Below the pieces are notes generated by a model. That model did no database searches, had not been told where the DNA came from, and saw only the letters and a program-made list of their open reading frames with translations. The position numbers and the translations under genes are program-made. From a virus (taxonomy: Duplodnaviria; Caudoviricetes): DNA of 64,000 bases. The stretch spans positions 128,001 to 192,000 of IMG/VR virus record IMGVR_UViG_3300049182_000044; one strand, written 5' to 3'. Within the stretch, counting starts at the first letter, position 1, and each line of letters opens with the position of its first letter. Positions 19,744 to 27,624 of the stretch are shown piece after piece.

Positions 19744-20931
19744 TTAGAACGAGCCGCCGTCGATGACTGCGTTATCGACGTATGCCTTAGTTGCAGCGTG
19801 CAGATCAGCTGTAGGAGCGCCCGACAGGGTGAGTGCACCCGTCATCGTATCACCAGCGATGTTGACCGGGGTGTAACCCAGATCAGCTTGCTTGCCGTTC
19901 AACTGAGTCTGAATCGACGAAGTAACGCCGCTCAGGTAGTTGACTTCAGCCGACGTTGCGGTGATTGCGTCCAGCCAGGTGTTCTGGCCAGCTGTCAGGT
20001 GCAGCGCGGTGTCAGTCAGGTGCGTGTCGTAGCTGTTCTTCTCAGCGGTGGTCAAGTGGAGGTGATCGCCTTCAGCGCCGCCTTGCAGACCGTACAGCAC
20101 TTCGTGGTTCTGCGTTGCAGCAGATACCTTCAACCAACGACCAGTGATCGGAGCATCGTCAGGAGCGATAACACCAGCACCGTCAGCAGCAGCGGAGGAT
20201 TGAGCATCGAAGCGATAGATCGCACCGGTGTCTTCAACCAGACGCATTTGCTTGTCTTCGCGGCTTGCAGGAGCAACTGCAGACAGGTCGAGGAGGGTTT
20301 GTACCGGAGCTGCGTACTTACCGCTGATGTTGTTCACCGACAGGTCCACGTACTGCTTGGTAGCCGCGCCCAGGTTTTGTTCCGGATCAGCAGACAGAAC
20401 CAGCAAGCCAGTCATCGTATCGCCAGCCTTGTTGATCTTCAGTGCCAGACCGTCGTCAACGTACTTCTTGTTAGAAGCTTCGTTGTCGGCAGAAGGAGCA
20501 CCCGGGAGAACCAGTGCGCCGGACATGGTGTCACCAGCTTTGTTGACCGGGGCGTAACCCAGATCAGCTTGCTTACCGTTGAACGTTGCCCAGTCAGTTG
20601 CAGACAGAACACCGGTGTCGGTCGACGAAGCGGTCTTGAGACTGATAGTGCCATCAACAGCTACGTCGATGTTCGTACCGATCTTGACGTTACCGAGAAC
20701 GGAAGCACTAGCGGCTGCTTCGAGTTCCGCGAGCTTGGTGTCACTGAGGAAGCGGTGGCCAGCATCGGTCTTGATGTTTGCAGCATGGTTCAGGTGAAGA
20801 ACTTCGGCACCAGTCGAAATGAATAGGTCCTTGTCCGCTACGTTGACTGCCAATTCGCCAGTCAGCATCGACTCCAGGGTAGGGATATTACCCGGGGTAG
20901 AGCTGCGGCGCAGTTGAATCCTGTTGGTCAT
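19744..20931 (-). CDS. Tail fibre protein with Mtd_N-like N-terminus, NKAGDTM repeats and C-terminal DGGSF
   Basis: MTNRIQLRRS..GELAVNVAD; repeated GYxPVNxAGDTMxGxL..ATKxYVD. Confidence 0.75.
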   Translation of the reverse strand: MTNRIQLRRSSTPGNIPTLESMLTGELAVNVADKDLFISTGAEVLHLNHAANIKTDAGHRFLSDTKLAELEAAASASVLGNVKIGTNIDVAVDGTISLKTASSTDTGVLSATDWATFNGKQADLGYAPVNKAGDTMSGALVLPGAPSADNEASNKKYVDDGLALKINKAGDTMTGLLVLSADPEQNLGAATKQYVDLSVNNISGKYAAPVQTLLDLSAVAPASREDKQMRLVEDTGAIYRFDAQSSAAADGAGVIAPDDAPITGRWLKVSAATQNHEVLYGLQGGAEGDHLHLTTAEKNSYDTHLTDTALHLTAGQNTWLDAITATSAEVNYLSGVTSSIQTQLNGKQADLGYTPVNIAGDTMTGALTLSGAPTADLHAATKAYVDNAVIDGGSF

Positions 20932-20948
20932 AATATTGATTCCTTATG

Positions 20949-21757
20949 TTAAGTGTATCGAGTTAAAGCAGCATTCCGATTACGCTCGGAACGTTTCCTT
21001 CTTTCATCCGAACTGAGATTCGCATGATAAGATTGCGTTGATCGCTGAATTTCAGCAACCTTCTTACGACGTTGCGCTTCAGACAACGATTGCCAATGCT
21101 TACGTCGCCCTTCGCTAATCTTCCTACGCCGTTCCGCACGCTGTTCGTCAGTTAATGACGCCCAGTATGAAGATGTTTTACTCGCGATTGCTTTCGCACG
21201 CTTACGCTCAACTTTTTCATCACGTTGAGCATGTGCAGCTCTCAGCTTCTTACTGAACAGTTTCTTTTCACGCTCGGACTTTGAGTTAAACGTCTTAGAT
21301 CGTTTTTCGGCTATTTCCTTTCTGCGGTCTTCGTTCATGTTCCAGTAATTGGCTGATTGTTGTTCAAGCTCTTCCTTAGACCTAATTCGGTTAGAAGGGC
21401 CGCCTAGCCCTCCGTCATTCAAATTAGTTAGGAAGCCTGTTTTCAAATCAAGTCGACCAATCTTCAAGACCAACTCACGCTCTAGTCGAAAAGCTTCTAG
21501 ATTCGTCAAGCCGGTCTTCTTAATGCTTACAATAGGCTCAAATTTTGCACGCCGTATTGATTTAATGGCTTTCTCTTTCTTTGGATTGTAATTACGCGCA
21601 TTTGCCTTCAAGTGGTCCCATGCTCTGCCTGCGGTTCCCTTTCCCACGTAGAAAGGACGATACTTAAATACGTAGCGCCCCCATATCGGAAATGTCCTGG
21701 AAATCTAGGATCGAGCAAGGCGTAGACATACGATTCTTGCTTTTCGCGTCCAGCCAT
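20949..21757 (-). pseudogene. GIY-YIG-like homing endonuclease split by a frameshift
   Basis: ATG 21757 reads MAGREKQESYVYALLDPRFPGHFRYG. The continuation GRYVFKYRPFYVGKG lies in another frame; the break is at the G5 run 21678-21682. The joined sequence parallels the 37689 ORF. Confidence 0.7.
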
Positions 21758-21824
21758 TTAAGACTCCTTTTACTTGATTAAACGCGCGTTTATTTAGCCA
21801 TGAGCTAAATCCTTTCTGTGGCGA

Positions 21825-22382
21825 TTAAAACTCGCCACCATCCAAATTACCAGGAGTGGTTGGGAACCAACGTCCGATTCCACCCGCCGGCGTTACCACG
21901 GTCTGCCCATTGTCATCATCTCCGATGCCTTGGAGATCATAGGCGTATACTCTGTTGAGTTCTTCCACGTAGATCATTTGCTTGTCCTTCACATTAGTCA
22001 TGTTCAGGTTGCGCAAGTCATTCACGGTGGCAATCGGCTGGGCGATGATCGCCTGCGACATGGAGACAGCTTGAGTCATCTTGCTATCAACATACTCTAC
22101 AGTGGCGAATACCTTCCCAGCTTCAAGTGGATCCTTTTCGTCTTCCGTATCGACCCAGGTTCCTGTAGCTACATTGTACTCGTAGAGCTCCCGATTCGTG
22201 GGATTGACCCAGATGAGCCCTTCGTATGGGCGTGCAGGAGAGGTGAACGAAACACAGACGTACTTCTTAGTCGCCACGCCTGCATCATCTGTCCACATCT
22301 CGATGTTGATGGGGTTTGTAGGCGTAAGACCTTTGGCATACGCTTCCGCGATCAAGCCAGCTGCCAGTTTGACTGCATCCAT
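21825..22382 (-). CDS. Fibre anchor/adaptor protein ending in DGGEF
   Basis: N-terminal domain resembles that of the collagen protein; KQMIYVEE..VYAYD..GRWF module; terminal LDGGEF. Confidence 0.55.
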   Translation of the reverse strand: MDAVKLAAGLIAEAYAKGLTPTNPINIEMWTDDAGVATKKYVCVSFTSPARPYEGLIWVNPTNRELYEYNVATGTWVDTEDEKDPLEAGKVFATVEYVDSKMTQAVSMSQAIIAQPIATVNDLRNLNMTNVKDKQMIYVEELNRVYAYDLQGIGDDDNGQTVVTPAGGIGRWFPTTPGNLDGGEF

Positions 22383-23545
22383 TATTCTTTCTCCGCTTTT
22401 GCTTTGAGTTCTTTAGCGAGCTTCACTGGGTCTTGTTTAACAAGCCAGTTCTTCATGTCCATGACCAGGTTGTTCAAGTCTTCCTTGTCTTGTTCATCAA
22501 GCTCACGCTTCGATTTCTTTGAGTGCTTGTGCAGGTTGACGCCTGACTCAGATATATCCTTGGATTCAGAAGTGTCTCGTGCCATGAACTTGTCCATGTA
22601 ATGGCTACCCAAGTCCATTGCATACGGGCCAAGCGGCGTGAACAATGCAGTCGCCACCAGCGCACCTACGAGAATGCCACCTACAACTTTCGCTGTATTC
22701 TTCAGGCCTTCCTTCTGCTCGTCGGTCATGTTCTCGCCGCTCTTGAATGCACGAAGTCCTTCCATACCGTGGCGGAACTCCAAGCCCATCTTGAATGTGT
22801 GTTCATGAATCTTGTCCATGCTGGCTGCAACAAGGTTGTTGACCAAGCCTTTGTGCTTCTTCGCCTTGCGGCTGTTCGGATGCTTCTGCAAGTATTCGGC
22901 TTGCAGCTCTGGCGTTAAGGAGTCCCACCAATCATCACCAGTCTTTGGCTTCTTAGGCTTCTTTTCCTTCTTGTCGCCGTCATCATCCTTGTCAGTGTCA
23001 TCGCCATCATTCGGGCCATCACCACCACCGGACTTCTTGTCCTCAGACTCGTCACCGTCTTCAGCAGCTTTATCACCAGCTTCGTCGGCTGCGTCACCGT
23101 CATCCTTCTTCTTGTCTTCAGTCTTTTTGTTGTCAGCGTTGAGAGGATCTTTAGGGTCGCCTGGATTGTCACGAGCATTGAACTTCTGAGCAGTCTTGTG
23201 AACTTCGTGGAAGATGCTCTTCGGATGCCACTTCAGATAAGTCTCTTTTTGATCCGGTGTCATTTTGTCCCATACTGCATCAACAATCTGATCCGCATCC
23301 TCAACCTCTTCGACCGCCTCAGGATGTGCAAGCTGTTTAAGCATCTTGTCCTGAGCTTTCTTGTCCAGCTTGTGCCACATATCACCGAGGCGCGGTGCTT
23401 TGGACAAGCTGATAAGGTTAGCTGCGATAGCTGCCTTCTTCACTTCATGACTGCCGTCACCGTGATCGAATTGCTCACCCATAATGGCTTCAGCTCGATC
23501 CCAGATGCTTTTCAACTCTGGATTGAGGGTTATTTTGTTGGACAT
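22382..23545 (-). CDS. Hypothetical protein with WxxL/MTP..Q..YLxxHPxS repeats, a charged tract and a hydrophobic segment
   Basis: Two clear copies of the YLxxHPxS motif; VVGGILVGALVATALF segment. Confidence 0.55.
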   Translation of the reverse strand: MSNKITLNPELKSIWDRAEAIMGEQFDHGDGSHEVKKAAIAANLISLSKAPRLGDMWHKLDKKAQDKMLKQLAHPEAVEEVEDADQIVDAVWDKMTPDQKETYLKWHPKSIFHEVHKTAQKFNARDNPGDPKDPLNADNKKTEDKKKDDGDAADEAGDKAAEDGDESEDKKSGGGDGPNDGDDTDKDDDGDKKEKKPKKPKTGDDWWDSLTPELQAEYLQKHPNSRKAKKHKGLVNNLVAASMDKIHEHTFKMGLEFRHGMEGLRAFKSGENMTDEQKEGLKNTAKVVGGILVGALVATALFTPLGPYAMDLGSHYMDKFMARDTSESKDISESGVNLHKHSKKSKRELDEQDKEDLNNLVMDMKNWLVKQDPVKLAKELKAKAEKE

Positions 23546-23654
23546 TTCTAGCCTTCCATTCTCGATTGCTATATCCTATAAATTAACATTCTGCGCAGGA
23601 CATAAAGTGAAGAGGTCGAGACCCAAAACGAGGATCTCGACCTAAAAGTGCGGG

Positions 23655-24407
23655 TTATTCAGCACCATCCAAGTACGGAATATACCGAGGACGCCTGACA
23701 ATCAAGATGTTGCGAGGGTACTCTGTGCGAATATCGTGGAATGATTTGCCATAACCGGGCTGCACGATCTTTGATTTCGTACTGTACTTTTCAACGTGTC
23801 CAAACCAGCGACTCGGATCGCACCCAGGCGTTTGAATGCAGATCTTTCGATCAGTGAGAACACTACCACTGTTGTACGTAGCTGCACCGAACGCAAGATG
23901 TTCGTAATCACTGGCAACCGGGAATCGAACTGCATGATAAGACATCTTGCTCTTGATTACGCCTGCTCTTATCTGAAGCTCTGCATCGAATCGGTTTTCC
24001 CATGTCCACTTCTGCTTCAAGACCGGATCGAGCTTCGTCAAGTCTTTCCACACGTTGAAACGTTCTGTCCCATCCTTGTTGTAGGCGATGGTTGTCTGCC
24101 CCAAGCCGAAGCCGTATTCACGGGATGTCTTCAACTCCGCCCGCGATGACCAGCATTTTTTATGCTTCAAGCTGATGCAGGTTTCTTGCTCGATCTTCGC
24201 TCCCATGAAGGAACGCAAAGGCAGGTCCGGCCACAGTTGGTCTAAGGTACGACGCAAGACCGGAATGAGTGGAACAGCGTTCGGAGGGAGCTCCGGGAGT
24301 TTTAAGCCAGGCGTGTTGATCTCCGGCTTTAGGTTGGCCTCTTGTCCATTCGCGACCAGCGCCATCGCAAATAGAAGAGCGCCTAGACTTACTCTAAGCG
24401 CTTTCAT
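23655..24407 (-). CDS. Lytic transglycosylase (SLT-like endolysin) with N-terminal signal/SAR sequence
   Basis: Catalytic EQET motif, GLGQ motif, AATYNSG motif; hydrophobic N-terminus; four Cys. Confidence 0.75.
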   Translation of the reverse strand: MKALRVSLGALLFAMALVANGQEANLKPEINTPGLKLPELPPNAVPLIPVLRRTLDQLWPDLPLRSFMGAKIEQETCISLKHKKCWSSRAELKTSREYGFGLGQTTIAYNKDGTERFNVWKDLTKLDPVLKQKWTWENRFDAELQIRAGVIKSKMSYHAVRFPVASDYEHLAFGAATYNSGSVLTDRKICIQTPGCDPSRWFGHVEKYSTKSKIVQPGYGKSFHDIRTEYPRNILIVRRPRYIPYLDGAE

Positions 24408-24410
24408 GAC

Positions 24411-24764
24411 CTACCCCCGAACAAAGAACTGAGCTGCAACGACAATGCAAGTACAGATCACAACGGCGACGGCACAGAACACCATTGCAGCAGCCGTGTT
24501 GCGATGATCTTTCGCTTGCTCGTACAACTCTTTCATGTCGATGTAGTTGAACAGACAGTACTTGCGGGTGACGTGCGCGATCAAGGCAATTGCCAGGAAC
24601 ACACCCATCACATACATCATTGTCTGCAACGCACCGTAGTCAGGGCTGAACAACAGCGCGATCATGCCGACCATGAACGACAGACGAAACACCTCGTTCA
24701 GCGTGTAGAAGCGGCCGAGCAGAGCGGTGATTGGTGCGAACAGACGGTTGATAAACTTAATCAT
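24411..24764 (-). CDS. Holin-like membrane protein
   Basis: 117 aa with about 3 hydrophobic helices, directly upstream of the transglycosylase. Confidence 0.55.
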   Translation of the reverse strand: MIKFINRLFAPITALLGRFYTLNEVFRLSFMVGMIALLFSPDYGALQTMMYVMGVFLAIALIAHVTRKYCLFNYIDMKELYEQAKDHRNTAAAMVFCAVAVVICTCIVVAAQFFVRG

Positions 24765-24783
24765 TTTGGAACTCCTTTTTCAG

Positions 24784-25797
24784 TTAAAAGTATTTATGTC
24801 CTGGGCCGAAGCCGTATGGATCGTAGTAGGCCGTATAGTACGTCCTGTTGTAGGCAGAAACGTGTCCAGATGCTACAACCTCGTAGAGCGCAGAACCTTC
24901 GTTCGACAACAGGATGTAGTGAATTCCAGTCTTAGTATCCCGATAAACTGCGTGCTTGCCTTCACCAAAGCCTGCCCACGTAGTCATCGCCGCATTTGTG
25001 GGATAGATTGCATTGGTCTTTGGATGAATAGTGTTATCCCAACCGAAGTCAGTGCCGATCCATCTACGCGGTGAAGACTTGCCCTTATTGGGACCGTCTT
25101 GGATTATGGCTGTGCCGTTGTTCGGAACTGGCTCTGAGAGAAATTCTTTGAAAAAACCTTTAGCCATCCAGCCAAGAGTGCCTGGCCCACCCCAGTTAAA
25201 TTTCCAGCCGATACCTGTCGGGCCTTCTACGATAGGAACGTAGCCGCAATCTACGCTATTCACTTCGATGGCTTGGTTATAGGATCCACCTGTGCCGTTT
25301 GCATACCTACCCATCTTTGTTGTACCGGAACAGTACGTAGATAGCAAGGTACCTGCAGCCGGTGGTGCCGTGTAGCCGCAGTCAAGACTGTTGTACTCGA
25401 TGGCTTGGTTATAGGATCCACCTGTGCCGTTAGCGTACGTACCCATCTTGGTCGTGCCCTGGCAATAGGTATCGAGCAAAGTGCCAGCTGCAGGTGGGGG
25501 AACGTAACCGCATTCAGTGCTATTGCTTTGAATGATCGAGTTGTACGTTCCGCCTGTGCCGTTTGCATAGGTGCCCATCTTCGTAGTGCCGTCACAGTAC
25601 GTAGAGATCAACGTACCGTACGGCAATGGGCAAACAATATCGAGCCATCCAGTGTTGTCTGCGTTTCGGATCTTTGCGTTACCAGGAGTGGCTAGAATCC
25701 AGGTGCCGTCTGCTTTCTTGATCTTCCACCCGCCTTTGCAGAACACATCCACCCAGGCAGTATTTGCTGCGTTGCGTATTTTAGGAACATTTGCCAC
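24784..25797 (-). CDS. Fibre tip/adhesin with three 44-aa Cys-containing tandem repeats
   Basis: GTL(I/L)xTYCxGTTKMGxYANGTGGxYNxxIxxNSxxCGY x3; KIRNA.NT.W N-terminal repeats. Confidence 0.65.
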   Translation of the reverse strand: MANVPKIRNAANTAWVDVFCKGGWKIKKADGTWILATPGNAKIRNADNTGWLDIVCPLPYGTLISTYCDGTTKMGTYANGTGGTYNSIIQSNSTECGYVPPPAAGTLLDTYCQGTTKMGTYANGTGGSYNQAIEYNSLDCGYTAPPAAGTLLSTYCSGTTKMGRYANGTGGSYNQAIEVNSVDCGYVPIVEGPTGIGWKFNWGGPGTLGWMAKGFFKEFLSEPVPNNGTAIIQDGPNKGKSSPRRWIGTDFGWDNTIHPKTNAIYPTNAAMTTWAGFGEGKHAVYRDTKTGIHYILLSNEGSALYEVVASGHVSAYNRTYYTAYYDPYGFGPGHKYF

Positions 25798-25806
25798 AAT
25801 AGCTCC

Positions 25807-26763
25807 TTAAGCATTAGGGTTGATCCAGATGCCATACGCTCCGATAGCGGAGCCTGGGTCAGTAGATTGAATGCGAATGTTCACGGAGCCTGCGGGACCT
25901 TGGGGACCTTGTGGGCCAGTTGGACCTGCCGGACCTTGAGCACCAGTAGCGCCAGTTGGACCTGTCGGGCCAGTCAAGCCACGAGGGCCAGTTGGACCTG
26001 CTGGACCCGTCGCTCCGGTCGGACCTTGGGGACCTGCTGGGCCTGTATCACCTTGAGGACCCTGAGGACCTTGTGAGCCAGTTGGACCTTGAGGACCTGC
26101 CGGACCTTGGGGTCCCTGAGGACCTTGTTCTCCTGCAGGGCCTTGTGAGCCAGTTGGACCTTCGGGGCCTTGCACACCCTGAACACCTTGAGCGCCGTCA
26201 GTACCAGATGGACCTTGAGGACCTTGTGGTCCGCGTTCGCCAGTTGGGCCTATAGCACCACGAGGACCCGCTGGGCCAGTCGCACCTACAGGACCCGCTG
26301 GGCCGATAGGGCCTGCCGGACCTTGTAAGCCACGTGGACCAATATCGCCTTCAGGGCCTTGAGGACCAACTGGACCTTGAGGGCCAACTGGGCCTGCTGG
26401 ACCCGTTGATCCCGGAGGGCCTACATATCCCATACCGTTTGGTACAGTCTGAACGTATTGGAAAATCTCCTCGTATTGAGTAACTTCTTGCCATGTACCG
26501 TTGAAAGGTGCGCGTGGTACAGTTAGGTCCAGGGCGCGATACACCTTACGATAGAACGGCGAGCGCGAGTCCATCATCACCCAGATGCCGTTGATCGGCA
26601 CAACCAAACCACTCGGCTCAGTAATGGATGCGATGACGAAGTACTCTACGCTAGAAATCGGGTGATTGATCTTGAACACCACCGGATTGTATTCATCGAG
26701 GTTGCGGATATCAGACAGGTATTGAATGCTATCTACGAAATCCGTAAGAGTAAAATTGGACAT
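25807..26763 (-). CDS. Collagen-like triple-helix fibre protein
   Basis: About 60 uninterrupted Gly-X-Y triplets (counted by eye); likely start MSNF at 26763. Confidence 0.85.
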   Translation of the reverse strand: MSNFTLTDFVDSIQYLSDIRNLDEYNPVVFKINHPISSVEYFVIASITEPSGLVVPINGIWVMMDSRSPFYRKVYRALDLTVPRAPFNGTWQEVTQYEEIFQYVQTVPNGMGYVGPPGSTGPAGPVGPQGPVGPQGPEGDIGPRGLQGPAGPIGPAGPVGATGPAGPRGAIGPTGERGPQGPQGPSGTDGAQGVQGVQGPEGPTGSQGPAGEQGPQGPQGPAGPQGPTGSQGPQGPQGDTGPAGPQGPTGATGPAGPTGPRGLTGPTGPTGATGAQGPAGPTGPQGPQGPAGSVNIRIQSTDPGSAIGAYGIWINPNA

Positions 26764-26840
26764 ACAAGCCTCTTTTGATTGTCTTTGCACATACCACAAA
26801 TTAACATAAACGTGTTGTGCCCAGGCCAACAACGACAAAA

Positions 26841-26868
26841 GCCCTACGACCTAAAAAGGAGGTAGGGC
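26841..26868 (-). terminator. Rho-independent terminator
   Basis: GCCCTAC / GTAGGGC stem followed by TTTT on the - strand. Confidence 0.55.
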
Positions 26869-26879
26869 TCTTACTTCAC

Positions 26880-27245
26880 TTACTGAATAGTCTGCGCTGG
26901 AATCAGATTGAGTTCCGCAAGAATCGACTTCACGCGTTCCTTGAATACTTCATCCGGATTGGGTGAAACTTTCGGAACATGGGTAGCGGTTCCAGTCATC
27001 GCGGTGAGCTCTTCGGGAACGTACTGATTAACGATGTCAACCAGTGGTACATCGACTACCTCAAGCTTGGTCCACTCACGAACTGGTGCGGCGTTTTCGA
27101 TGGTGGATTGCAGTTGGGCGGGATCAGCCGGAAGCAGCATGTTCAGGCTAATAGGATCTTTCCCTTCGCAGGTGTATTGAACCACGAAGGACTTCTGGCG
27201 TAGGTTAACGCTTTCAATTTTCCAGCTATATGTGATAGAAGACAT
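26880..27245 (-). CDS. Hypothetical fibre-associated protein
   Basis: Likely start MSSITYSWKI at 27245, 1 nt after the panD-like stop, with an AAGGA RBS. Confidence 0.55.
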   Translation of the reverse strand: MSSITYSWKIESVNLRQKSFVVQYTCEGKDPISLNMLLPADPAQLQSTIENAAPVREWTKLEVVDVPLVDIVNQYVPEELTAMTGTATHVPKVSPNPDEVFKERVKSILAELNLIPAQTIQ

Positions 27246-27246
27246 T

Positions 27247-27624
27247 TTAGTTTCCTTCAATTACGTGATGCGTTTCAGTTTTCAGCACGTTGTTTGATTC
27301 ATCAACGTACACCACAGTGTGAGTCAGTCCAGCAATTTCATCCGGCGTCACATGCTCAAGTCGATTGATGACCACTTTGTCACCGGCACAGAACAAACGA
27401 GCAGGAGGCCCGTTCAATGTAACCGCACCAGGAGCTCCTGGGATAATGTAGGTCTCCCAATGATTACCGTTCGCCAAGTTGTTCACATGAACAAACTCAT
27501 AAGGCAGAAGTCCCGCAGCTTTGATAAGCTCGGGACAGAGACTGATCGAACCCTTGTAGTTCAAGTTCGCATCAGTCACTGTTGCCCTATGAATCTTCGC
27601 TGTAATGAAGATTCGTTGCTTCAT
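27247..27624 (-). CDS. panD: Aspartate 1-decarboxylase (PanD)-family pyruvoyl enzyme, divergent
   Basis: AKIHRATVTDANLNYKG|SI autoprocessing site, AAGL.P.E, NG..xETY, NG..A..GD.V.I motifs align with E. coli PanD (alignment from memory). Confidence 0.85.
   Translation of the reverse strand: MKQRIFITAKIHRATVTDANLNYKGSISLCPELIKAAGLLPYEFVHVNNLANGNHWETYIIPGAPGAVTLNGPPARLFCAGDKVVINRLEHVTPDEIAGLTHTVVYVDESNNVLKTETHHVIEGN

Noticed and set aside
1958-20931. Diversity-generating retroelement, suggested by Mtd_N-like domains and near-duplicate SPRY sequences
   Set aside because: No reverse transcriptase or Avd in the window. Differences between the SPRY copies (~2870-2945 vs ~3500-3585) involve all bases, not only adenines. 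No TR/VR pair was seen. A DGR elsewhere in the genome cannot be excluded.
24784-26763. CRISPR-like or satellite DNA repeats
   Set aside because: The repeats are coding (Gly-X-Y collagen and 44-aa protein repeats), with no constant repeat/unique spacer pattern.
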